The notes below the pieces were generated by a model. That model was not told the DNA's origin. It saw only the letters and a list, made by a program, of their open reading frames with translations, and did no database searches. A DNA stretch of 64,000 nucleotides, from IMG/VR virus record IMGVR_UViG_3300045988_004821; one strand, written 5' to 3'. Both the position numbers and the translations under genes were made by a program. Of this stretch, positions 16,496 to 23,890 are shown in pieces; position 1 is the first letter of the stretch; each line of letters starts with the position of its first letter. This stretch comes from a virus. Lineage: Duplodnaviria > Heunggongvirae > Uroviricota > Caudoviricetes.

Positions 16496-16583
16496 GGTAG
16501 GTAGCGGCTAATGGCAGCCAAACAGTCTTGAAAACTGTTGCCACTGTAGAGATACGGTGAGGGTTCGACTCCTTTACTTACCG
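16496..16583 (+). tRNA. tRNA-Ser (anticodon TGA), long variable arm; CCA not encoded
   Basis: Anticodon arm AACAGT-CTTGAAA-ACTGTT; acceptor GGTAGGT/ACTTACC; discriminator G. Confidence 0.65.
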
Positions 16584-16840
16584 CCTAATAAGATTTACAC
16601 CGTCCATGCTTGCTCGCATTTTCGGTTTATCCCTCGTGTATTGTCGTACACACTGATAAAGCACCTAGTAGGTGTCACGGAGAAGAGATAATATCAAGCT
16701 CTCCAAAGGTTCTAGTCACCGGATTAAACAAGACTATGCAAAGACCTTTTTAGGTCTTTTTAGAGGGCTTCTAAGGTTATTACAGCTTGTTGTGGAACCT
16801 TGTTGCTTAGGTTCTTAGAAGTTCTCTAAAAAGATTTAAT

Positions 16841-16918
16841 GGGAGATTGACGGTAATTGGTAAACCTACCATCCTTAGAAGTTGGTGTTTGAGGGTTCGA
16901 ATCCCTTGTCTCCCACCA
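16841..16918 (+). tRNA. tRNA with Leu anticodon TAG but short (class-I) variable region
   Basis: Acceptor GGGAGAT/GTCTCCC, Leu-like D-arm GGT-AATTGGTAA-ACC, anticodon loop CTTAGAA, discriminator A, CCA encoded; 78 nt. Confidence 0.5.
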
Positions 16919-16925
16919 AATTAAT

Positions 16926-17001
16926 GCAGGTGTAGCAAAATGGTTATGCGGCTGACTCTTAATCAGTAAGACGATGGGTTCAATTCCCTCCACCTGTACC
17001 A
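16926..17001 (+). tRNA. tRNA-Lys (anticodon CTT)
   Basis: Anticodon arm GCTGA-CTCTTAA-TCAGT; acceptor GCAGGTG/CACCTGT; CCA encoded. Confidence 0.6.
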
Positions 17002-17007
17002 AACAAT

Positions 17008-17083
17008 GGGGTCATAGTTTATATGGTTAAAATTCGAGTTTTGCAAACTTGGGAACTGAGTTCAATTCTCAGTGACTCCACCA
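17008..17083 (+). tRNA. tRNA-Ala (anticodon TGC)
   Basis: Anticodon arm CGAGT-TTTGCAA-ACTTG; T-arm CTGAG-TTCAATT-CTCAG; CCA encoded. Confidence 0.7.
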
Positions 17084-17089
17084 ATTAGT

Positions 17090-17164
17090 GCATCCATAGT
17101 TTAAACGGGAAAATTACAGTCTTCCAAACTGAGGTTGAGGGTTCGATTCCCTCTGGATGCTCCA
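17090..17164 (+). tRNA. tRNA-Gly (anticodon TCC)
   Basis: Perfect acceptor GCATCCA/TGGATGC; anticodon loop CTTCCAA; T-arm GAGGG-TTCGATT-CCCTC; CCA encoded. Confidence 0.65.
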
Positions 17165-17171
17165 AATTAAT

Positions 17172-17247
17172 GCTCCTATCGTATAATTGGCTATTACGGT
17201 TGCCTTGTAAGTAACTTATCAGGGTTCGAATCCTTGTTGGAGCACCA
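17172..17247 (+). tRNA. tRNA-Thr (anticodon TGT)
   Basis: D-stem CGTA/TACG; anticodon arm GTTGC-CTTGTAA-GTAAC; T-loop TTCGAAT; CCA encoded. Confidence 0.65.
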
Positions 17248-17344
17248 ATTTAGAGGTCAAGTGAAAGACCGCTTTGAGTCAACTGAAGACCGTAACAAAT
17301 CCCACGGAGTTGAGTTAGCGGCACAACTTCAGACCTCTTTTCAC

Positions 17345-17419
17345 ACTCGCTTAGTTTATATGGTAAAACATCACCCTTACAAGATGAAGAAGAAGGTTCA
17401 AGTCCTTTAGTGAGTACCA
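17345..17419 (+). tRNA. tRNA-Val (anticodon TAC)
   Basis: D-stem GTTT/AAAC; anticodon loop CTTACAA; T-arm GAAGG-TTCAAGT-CCTTT; CCA encoded. Confidence 0.65.
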
Positions 17420-17420
17420 T

Positions 17421-17498
17421 GTTCCAGTATCCCAATTGGTAGAGGATGCAAGCTCAAACCTTGTACTAGTGACGGTTCGAATCCGTCTTGGAACACCA
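17421..17498 (+). tRNA. tRNA with Leu anticodon CAA but short (class-I) variable region
   Basis: Leu-like D-arm TCC-CAATTGGTAGA-GGA; anticodon arm GCAAG-CTCAAAC-CTTGT; T-arm GACGG-TTCGAAT-CCGTC; discriminator A; 78 nt. Confidence 0.5.
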
Positions 17499-17503
17499 AT
17501 TTT

Positions 17504-17579
17504 GCAGGATTAGTTCAAATGGATAGAGCAACAGTCTACGAAGCTGTTAATAGGGGTTCGAATCCCTTATCCTGCGCCA
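17504..17579 (+). tRNA. tRNA-Arg (anticodon ACG)
   Basis: Perfect acceptor GCAGGAT/ATCCTGC; anticodon arm ACAGT-CTACGAA-GCTGT; CCA encoded. Confidence 0.7.
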
Positions 17580-17598
17580 ATTTAAAGAGGCTATTTAG

Positions 17599-18156
17599 AT
17601 GAGATATTTGAAGTATGCTTCATGGATTTTCTTAGCTTTGTTAGAGCCATTTGCAGCAATCTTAGCAGTTATCTTAGCACCTTTCGTAGTTCCATTCTAC
17701 AGTGAGAAGAAAGGACATCTGCCTTTCGGGTTCAGATGGATGGAAACTTATGACAACCCAATTGATGGTGATGAAGGTCACGTTAAAAGATGGGCTAATA
17801 TTAGATGGATTGGTAAACTAGGTGTCTACATGCAAAGAGTCGGATGGCTCTGGAGAAACAAAGCTTATAACTTCTCTTACCATGTATTAGGAAGAGATGT
17901 AAAAGATGTTACTAAGTGGAAAGGTAATATCAACGTAAGTTCTGACCCTGAAGATAATCAGACAGGTTATCTCCTAATGTGGAACAGTAATGCTTGGGGA
18001 TTATTCGCTTTTATCCCATCAATTAAAATCTTTGGTAAACAATTCTACTGGAGAATTTATGTTGGATGGAAGCTAAAAAGTGTTGTCCCAGAAGAAAGAG
18101 CATTCTCAAGGGAAAGAGTTATGTTGGCATTCTTTATTCACCCACTAAGAAAGTAA
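17599..18156 (+). CDS. hypothetical membrane protein encoded inside the tRNA array (185 aa)
   Basis: N-terminal hydrophobic stretch WIFLALLEPFAAILAVILAPFVVPF; flanked by tRNA genes. Confidence 0.5.
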   Translation: MRYLKYASWIFLALLEPFAAILAVILAPFVVPFYSEKKGHLPFGFRWMETYDNPIDGDEGHVKRWANIRWIGKLGVYMQRVGWLWRNKAYNFSYHVLGRDVKDVTKWKGNINVSSDPEDNQTGYLLMWNSNAWGLFAFIPSIKIFGKQFYWRIYVGWKLKSVVPEERAFSRERVMLAFFIHPLRK

Positions 18157-18164
18157 AGATTTAA

Positions 18165-18240
18165 AGGGGATTAGTTTACAAGGTTAAAACCTCGGTCTTT
18201 GAAATCGAAGAAGTTGGTTCAATTCCAACATCCCCCGCCA
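18165..18240 (+). tRNA. tRNA-Gln (anticodon TTG)
   Basis: Anticodon arm TCGGT-CTTTGAA-ATCGA; T-arm GTTGG-TTCAATT-CCAAC; CCA encoded; A1 opposite C72. Confidence 0.65.
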
Positions 18241-18242
18241 AT

Positions 18243-18321
18243 GCTCCATTACTCCAATTGGCAGAGAGGCCAGACTTAAAATCTGTGTTATGTATCGGTT
18301 CGAATCCGATATGGAGTACCA
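18243..18321 (+). tRNA. tRNA with Leu anticodon TAA, Leu-like D-arm but short variable region
   Basis: D-arm CTC-CAATTGGCAGA-GAG; anticodon loop CTTAAAA; T-arm ATCGG-TTCGAAT-CCGAT; discriminator A; 79 nt. Confidence 0.55.
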
Positions 18322-18326
18322 AATTT

Positions 18327-18402
18327 AGCGGTATAGCATAACTGGAAATGCAACAGTCTCTGAAGCTGTCCTATTAAGGTTCAAATCCTTATGCCGCTGC
18401 CA
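18327..18402 (+). tRNA. tRNA-Gln (anticodon CTG)
   Basis: D-stem GCAT/ATGC; anticodon arm ACAGT-CTCTGAA-GCTGT; T-arm TAAGG-TTCAAAT-CCTTA; CCA encoded. Confidence 0.6.
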
Positions 18403-18406
18403 CTTC

Positions 18407-18430
18407 TAAGGGTTCTTACGAGAGTCCTTA
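18407..18430 (+). promoter_or_regulatory. conserved hairpin TAAGG-[GTTCTTACGAGAGT]-CCTTA (second copy)
   Basis: Same loop as 15293-15320 with covarying stem. Confidence 0.45.
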
Positions 18431-18433
18431 AAT

Positions 18434-18509
18434 GTGGCCTTATCATAAATGGTAATGACCCATGCTGTGAACATGGTCTATACGGGTTCAAATCCCGTAG
18501 GTCACCCCA
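18434..18509 (+). tRNA. tRNA-His (anticodon GTG)
   Basis: D-stem TCAT/ATGA; perfect anticodon arm CCATG-CTGTGAA-CATGG; T-arm ACGGG-TTCAAAT-CCCGT; no encoded G-1. Confidence 0.7.
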
Positions 18510-18515
18510 ATTTAT

Positions 18516-18591
18516 AGTCCAAGTAGCTTATATGGTTAAAGCGCGTGTCTGAAAAACATGAGAAGAGGGTTCAAATCCCACTGGACTACCA
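18516..18591 (+). tRNA. tRNA-Phe (anticodon GAA)
   Basis: Anticodon arm CGTGT-CTGAAAA-ACATG; T-loop TTCAAAT; CCA encoded. Confidence 0.65.
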
Positions 18592-18607
18592 ATTTCAAAG
18601 GTGCTTA

Positions 18608-19342
18608 ATGAAAGAGATGACAGAACAAGGTAAGGAGATTTTTAATCTCTTAAAAACCGGTAAAGGGTTCTCTAACCCACTTATCACTGGTGCAGCAGTT
18701 CTCGGTGGAACCGTAGCTGCTTCTACATCACTTGTAAGCTCTATTAGTTCTGTAACAGACCCTACAATGAAGGAGAAACTTGTTGCTGCTGGACTTACAA
18801 CAGTCCTTCTAAACAGCTTTACAACAAGCCTTACAAGCACTACAGCAACTACTAAAACTCTGACAGACTACGGTCAAAAGTCTATTGATGAGTTTTCATC
18901 ACGTATGCAGGTAGCAAAGGGGTATTCCAATGTTATGGGTGCAGCAGGAGAACAAGTTGGTTGTACACCATTCAGTGGTATCATGGGTGTTGCTACAGAG
19001 TATGGTCAAAAAGCTATTGACATGATGAACAGTACACTAGATAGTGTTAATGGTGTGTTAAGTGACTTGCAAGATGCTATTGATAAGGGTCTTGATACTG
19101 TTTCTGATTTAGCTAATCAGGCTGTTAGTAAGATTAATGAGGGTATTTCAAAGATTACAGCTTATGCAGATGAAGTTGTGCAGATGATTGAAGAAGAAGC
19201 TGCCCTTATTGCAGAGTACCTTAAAACGAATATCAATGGGTTCTTAGCAGGTATCTTACCAGACTGGTTTGATGATGCCTGTAAAACTGGTGTAATTGAC
19301 ACTATTGCAACACCAGAAATGAAGAGCGCATTACAGAAATAA
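18608..19342 (+). CDS. hypothetical protein with hydrophobic and Ser/Thr-rich N-terminal region (244 aa)
   Basis: Start moved to the ATG at 18608 (SD AAGGTG upstream) because the track start at 18545 overlaps tRNA-Phe. Confidence 0.5.
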   Translation: MKEMTEQGKEIFNLLKTGKGFSNPLITGAAVLGGTVAASTSLVSSISSVTDPTMKEKLVAAGLTTVLLNSFTTSLTSTTATTKTLTDYGQKSIDEFSSRMQVAKGYSNVMGAAGEQVGCTPFSGIMGVATEYGQKAIDMMNSTLDSVNGVLSDLQDAIDKGLDTVSDLANQAVSKINEGISKITAYADEVVQMIEEEAALIAEYLKTNINGFLAGILPDWFDDACKTGVIDTIATPEMKSALQK

Positions 19343-19343
19343 T

Positions 19344-19436
19344 GGAAGATTAACCCTAAAAGGTAAGGGAGCAGTTTGCTAAACTGCCAGTAGCTGAGAA
19401 ATCGGTGTACCAGTTCAAGTCTGGTATCTTCCTCCA
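19344..19436 (+). tRNA. tRNA-Ser (anticodon GCT), long variable arm
   Basis: 93 nt; perfect anticodon arm GCAGT-TTGCTAA-ACTGC; T-arm ACCAG-TTCAAGT-CTGGT; CCA encoded. Confidence 0.7.
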
Positions 19437-19440
19437 ATTT

Positions 19441-19516
19441 GAATCCGTGACAGAAATGGCTATGTGCCTGTCTGCAAAACAGGTTTATAAGGGTTCGAGT
19501 CCCTTCGGATTCTCCA
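19441..19516 (+). tRNA. tRNA-Cys (anticodon GCA)
   Basis: Perfect acceptor GAATCCG/CGGATTC and anticodon arm CCTGT-CTGCAAA-ACAGG; CCA encoded. Confidence 0.7.
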
Positions 19517-19553
19517 AGTTATTTTACTCTCTCTCAATTAAAATAATAATAAT

Positions 19554-19613
19554 GCCCTGCTATCAGTATTCTTCCTTTCGCTACCGAAGAGTATTTTTAG
19601 ACAGGGCTTTTTT
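19554..19613 (+). terminator. rho-independent terminator closing the tRNA array (GCCCTG..CAGGGC + TTTTTT)
   Basis: Long GC-clamped hairpin followed by T6. Confidence 0.65.
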
Positions 19614-19688
19614 ACAGAGTTATACTTTATAAGAAGCCTTATACAGTATGTCTCTGACGTACATTGTGGTTTCTCCTTGACGGTCTCT

Positions 19689-19712
19689 GTACCGTCTTTT
19701 TTAAGGGGAAAC
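19689..19712 (+). terminator. second terminator-like hairpin (GACGGT-CTCTGT-ACCGTC + TTTTTT)
   Basis: 6-bp stem followed by T6, upstream of the packaging genes. Confidence 0.55.
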
Positions 19713-19738
19713 ATGATTAACTATTTGGAGAAAACATA

Positions 19739-19939
19739 ATGAGCGAGACCGTTTATAAAGAACTTTATGAAGCTAATAAGAAGCTAGAATTTATGCAGAA
19801 TACTATCATGGCAATTGCAGACAGATTGTCTGTAGCAACAGGTATTGATATTAAAGAAGCATCTATGGATGCACTTCTTGATGCTGTTGATGCAAAGTTC
19901 GAAGTTAAGAAAGAAGAGACTGCTACAGACTCTGAATAA
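19739..19939 (+). CDS. hypothetical small protein upstream of terminase (66 aa)
   Basis: SD GGAGAAAACATAATG; position only, too small to call terminase small subunit. Confidence 0.45.
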   Translation: MSETVYKELYEANKKLEFMQNTIMAIADRLSVATGIDIKEASMDALLDAVDAKFEVKKEETATDSE

Positions 19940-19960
19940 TTCTATTTGCGGAGGTGCTTA

Positions 19961-21562
19961 ATGGACTTAAATGCTGTTAAGCAGAAGCGAGTGGAAGATG
20001 TTAGGAAAGTCCTAGCTGGAGAGTTGGGGCTTTCTGATGAAGTAAAAGAAATTATCAAATCATTCGGTAAAGACCCCTCTAAATTCCTTCCAACTCAAAT
20101 TCTGACTTTATTAAGATACACACCAGACCAAGTTCGCCTTATCTTTAAATTGATGACTGATAAGAACTATGTAGCCCCTCAGCCGGGTTCTCAAGAGGTC
20201 TTTTTAAATACTAATGCTGACTTGGTTCTCTATGGTGGTGCTGCTGGTGCTGGTAAGACTGCTGCATTGTTAATGGACTCTTTAAGATTTATTGAAGACC
20301 CTAACTATAATGCTGTATATTTCCGTCGAAATACAACACAGTTACAAGGTGGTTTATGGCCTGCTGCAAAGAAACTGTTTGGTAAGTTTGGTGGGATTCC
20401 TCACGAGCAGAAAATGACTATCACATTCCCTTCTGGGGCGACTATCAAGTTTACCTACCTAGAACTTGAAAAGCACGCTGAAGGTCATCAGGGTATTGAA
20501 TACTCAGCTATTTACTTTGACGAAGGTACACACTTCTCTGCTTCACAGATTTCATACCTACAAACCCGTCTACGTTCTGGTGCTGAAGGCGATTCATACA
20601 TGAAGATTTCCATGAACCCAGACAGAGACCATTTTATTTATGATTGGGTAGAACCATTCTTAGATGAAGAAGGTTATCCAGACCCTGAAAAGTGTGGTCG
20701 TATTCGTTGGTATGTAATGAACGATGGTGTGATGGTTTCTGATTGGGAGAGAGACAAGATTCTTGAAATGTTCCCTCTTGAGATTCCTCAAACATACACC
20801 TTCATCTCTGGTACGATTGATGATAACCCAATTCTTGACTTCTTAGAACCAAAGTATCGCGGTAAGCTTGAAAACAACACTCCTGTAAACGTTGCAAGAC
20901 TTCGTTTCGGTAACTGGAAGGCTCGTGCAGAAGGTTCAAACTATTGGCAAAGACAATGGTGTGAAATTGTTGATTCACTCCCAGAAGATGTATTTGATGT
21001 TAGAGCATGGGACTTAGCAGCAACTTTACCATCTGAGATTAACCCTAATCCAGACTGGACAGCAGGTGTTAAGATGGGTAAATCTAAAAAAGACGGTTGC
21101 TATTATATCATTGATGTAGTAAGATTTAGAGATAGACCCTCTGGAGTCGAAACACAAATTAATTTGACTGCTGAAAGTGACGGTAAGCGAACTGGTATTT
21201 TTATCCCTCAAGACCCAGGCGCTGCTGGTAAATCCTACGCAACATCCCTCATCAGGAAACTTGCCGAGAAAGGCTATCGTGCAAGAGCTAAACCAACAAA
21301 TAAAGATAAAGTTACCCGCTTTGCGGGATTTTCTGCTGCTTCTGAAGCTGGACTTGTAAAAGTCTTGAGAGGTAGTTGGAACGAAGCTTACTTTCAAGAG
21401 CTTGAAGGCTTTTGTGGTGATGGCAAAACTAAAGATGACCAAGTGGATGCTACCAGTGATGCTTTCAACAGTCTTAACGAAGTTAAATTATTCAAGCCAC
21501 CATCAATGGGTGCTCACACAGACTTAGTGAGAGGAAACCCATATGAGGGGCTTAGACGTTGA
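19961..21562 (+). CDS. terL: terminase large subunit
   Basis: Walker A-like LYGGAAGAGKTAAL; about 530 aa; directly upstream of portal; start set at the ATG with SD GGAGGTG. Confidence 0.8.
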   Translation: MDLNAVKQKRVEDVRKVLAGELGLSDEVKEIIKSFGKDPSKFLPTQILTLLRYTPDQVRLIFKLMTDKNYVAPQPGSQEVFLNTNADLVLYGGAAGAGKTAALLMDSLRFIEDPNYNAVYFRRNTTQLQGGLWPAAKKLFGKFGGIPHEQKMTITFPSGATIKFTYLELEKHAEGHQGIEYSAIYFDEGTHFSASQISYLQTRLRSGAEGDSYMKISMNPDRDHFIYDWVEPFLDEEGYPDPEKCGRIRWYVMNDGVMVSDWERDKILEMFPLEIPQTYTFISGTIDDNPILDFLEPKYRGKLENNTPVNVARLRFGNWKARAEGSNYWQRQWCEIVDSLPEDVFDVRAWDLAATLPSEINPNPDWTAGVKMGKSKKDGCYYIIDVVRFRDRPSGVETQINLTAESDGKRTGIFIPQDPGAAGKSYATSLIRKLAEKGYRARAKPTNKDKVTRFAGFSAASEAGLVKVLRGSWNEAYFQELEGFCGDGKTKDDQVDATSDAFNSLNEVKLFKPPSMGAHTDLVRGNPYEGLRR

Positions 21563-21579
21563 TAGCTAGGTGAAGAAGA

Positions 21580-23046
21580 ATGGCAGATATTACAGAAACA
21601 CAAGAAAGCTTACCACCATTTAGAATGGGTGAAGTAGGTTCTTTGGGTCTGAAGGTTAAGAATGGAAGAATCTATGAAGAACCTCGTCAGGCACTAAGGT
21701 TCCCTGAAAGTATTAAAACTTTCCAATTAATGATGCGTGACCCTGCTGTAGCAGCATCTGTAAATATTATTAAGATGTTTGTCAGAAAAGTCAACTGGAG
21801 ATTTGTACCTCCAAAGGGAAAAGAGCAAGACCCTAAAATGCTTGAAAGAGCAGACTTCTTTAATTCTTTAATGGATGACATGGAGCATGATTGGGCAGAT
21901 TTTATTAACTCTGTAATGTCATTCTGCACTTATGGGTTCTGTGTTAACGAGAAAGTTTATAAGAAGCGTCAGGGTAAAAAAGGAAAGTACCAGTCAAAAT
22001 TTGATGATGGTCTAATTGGATGGGCTAAATTACCAATCAGAAACCAATCAACACTTGATAAGTGGTATTTTGACGAAGACTTTAGAAAAGTTACTGGTGT
22101 TAGACAGAATCTGAGAAATGTTTCACATATTGCTGGAGCAATTAATCTTGGAGAAAGACCACTAACAAGAAAACTTCCACGAGCTAAATTCATGCTGTTT
22201 AAGTATGATGATGAATATGGAAACCCAGAAGGTCGTTCACCATTACTTAATGCCTATGTACCGTGGAAGTATAAAGTTCAGATTGAAGAGTACGAAGCTG
22301 TTGGTGTTTCAAGAGACTTGGTAGGTATGCCAAAGATTGGTTTACCACCAGATTATCTGGATGAAAATGCAGAACCTGAAAAGAAAGCTTTCGTACAATA
22401 CTGCAAAACTGTTGTTAACGATATGATTGCTAATGATAGAGCAGGTTTAATCTGGCCTAGATATATCGACCCAGATACTAAAGAGGATATTTTCGAGTTC
22501 TCATTAGTTTCTAGACAGGGTGCTAAAGCATACGATACAGGTTCTATTATTGACAGATATTCCAAGCAGATTATGATGGCATTTATGTCAGATGTTCTTG
22601 CTATGGGTCAGTCAAAATATGGTTCATTCTCTCTTGCAGATTCTAAGACAAGCTTACTAGCAATGTCAGTAGATATTCTGCTGAAGCAAATTAAGAATGT
22701 AATTAACCGTGATTTAGTTGCACAGACTTATGCTCTTAATATGTGGGATGATGAAGAACATGTACAAATCACATATGATGATATCGAAACTCCAGACCTT
22801 GAAGCAATTGGTTCTTATATTCAGAAGACTGTTGCAGTAGGTGCTTTGGAAGTTGACAAAGAGCTATCTAACAAACTTAGAGAGCATATTGGTCTTCCTC
22901 CTGCTGATGAGTCTCAACCAGTATCTGAAAAGCTTTCTCCAAATAGCCAAAGCCGCTCAGGAGATGGTTATAAGACCGCTGGAGAAGGTACTGCAAAGAC
23001 ACCTTCAGCGAAAGACCCAAGCACAGCAAATAAGGCAAATAAATAA
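21580..23046 (+). CDS. portal protein (putative)
   Basis: 488 aa, immediately downstream of terminase large subunit and upstream of prohead protease. Confidence 0.65.
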   Translation: MADITETQESLPPFRMGEVGSLGLKVKNGRIYEEPRQALRFPESIKTFQLMMRDPAVAASVNIIKMFVRKVNWRFVPPKGKEQDPKMLERADFFNSLMDDMEHDWADFINSVMSFCTYGFCVNEKVYKKRQGKKGKYQSKFDDGLIGWAKLPIRNQSTLDKWYFDEDFRKVTGVRQNLRNVSHIAGAINLGERPLTRKLPRAKFMLFKYDDEYGNPEGRSPLLNAYVPWKYKVQIEEYEAVGVSRDLVGMPKIGLPPDYLDENAEPEKKAFVQYCKTVVNDMIANDRAGLIWPRYIDPDTKEDIFEFSLVSRQGAKAYDTGSIIDRYSKQIMMAFMSDVLAMGQSKYGSFSLADSKTSLLAMSVDILLKQIKNVINRDLVAQTYALNMWDDEEHVQITYDDIETPDLEAIGSYIQKTVAVGALEVDKELSNKLREHIGLPPADESQPVSEKLSPNSQSRSGDGYKTAGEGTAKTPSAKDPSTANKANK

Positions 23047-23070
23047 TGGCTGAAGTTATCTCTATTTCAA

Positions 23071-23547
23071 ATGCTACACGAGTGCATTCGTATAGGGGGT
23101 GTCCTTATCATTACTGATAAGTTATCTGTAGAGGCTGGCTCAAGGGTCAGCCTTTCAGGTTATGTTAGTGATGGTGGAATCTCTGACGTTTTCACTATTT
23201 GCAGGTTACTTGATGCACCAATGAGTGGAAAACCGTTTATTTTAGGAAATTGTAGTGAAATTGTTAAAATTCCATTTGACAGTTCATGCCTTTTGGGTGT
23301 AAAGTTATATAACTGCGAGAATAAACGTATCAATGTTAATAGCATTGAAGCCGCTTTCATTACCATCGACACTGCATTTCAATCTCCAATGACAGTTAAT
23401 AAAGAAACAAACAGACTTGAATACATTTTTTCACAAAATGATTACAAAGTACTTGTCAAAGGCAAAGTATATGATATGATTGTAAATGTGGTAGATGAAT
23501 CTGGTAACCATTCAACAGTCCTTAAACAAAAAGTAAGGTTTAATTAA
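23071..23547 (+). CDS. hypothetical head-morphogenesis-region protein (158 aa)
   Basis: ORF between portal and protease; start uncertain. Confidence 0.45.
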   Translation: MLHECIRIGGVLIITDKLSVEAGSRVSLSGYVSDGGISDVFTICRLLDAPMSGKPFILGNCSEIVKIPFDSSCLLGVKLYNCENKRINVNSIEAAFITIDTAFQSPMTVNKETNRLEYIFSQNDYKVLVKGKVYDMIVNVVDESGNHSTVLKQKVRFN

Positions 23548-23879
23548 TGGGAACATTAACTATTGATGGTAAGAATAAAATCCTCGCCACGCTAACCCCA
23601 ACGACTATTATTTTACACAATGTAGACCCAACGGCAGACCCTACAGCAAATAAGGTTACTCAGCCAGTGGCTATTTATTTTTCTGAACCGGATAATGGCT
23701 TAATTGCCTCAGAAGATACAGTTAATATTACTGTTCCAGCTTCTGCAACGGTCTCACACTATAGCTTGTGGGATGCTAACGATAAATGCGTGGCAACTGG
23801 TGCTCTTAGCAAACCTCAATTCTTTGCTGAAGAAGGTATCTATGTTATCTCTTCAGTCTCTGTAGATTTAAACAAATAG
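23547..23879 (+). CDS. hypothetical protein (110 aa)
   Basis: ORF between portal and protease. Confidence 0.45.
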   Translation: MGTLTIDGKNKILATLTPTTIILHNVDPTADPTANKVTQPVAIYFSEPDNGLIASEDTVNITVPASATVSHYSLWDANDKCVATGALSKPQFFAEEGIYVISSVSVDLNK

Positions 23880-23890
23880 GGTGAGTAAAA

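Noticed and set aside
17250-17435. 61-aa minus-strand ORF overlapping tRNA-Val
   Set aside because: It is antisense to a well-formed tRNA and spacer hairpins; spurious.
18545-18607. Track start of the 18545-19342 ORF
   Set aside because: The first 47 nt would overlap tRNA-Phe (18516-18591); an ATG at 18608 with an AAGGTG Shine-Dalgarno is the more plausible start.
21026-21442. 138-aa minus-strand ORF inside the terminase large subunit gene
   Set aside because: Antisense shadow ORF within a gene that has a clear ATPase motif.
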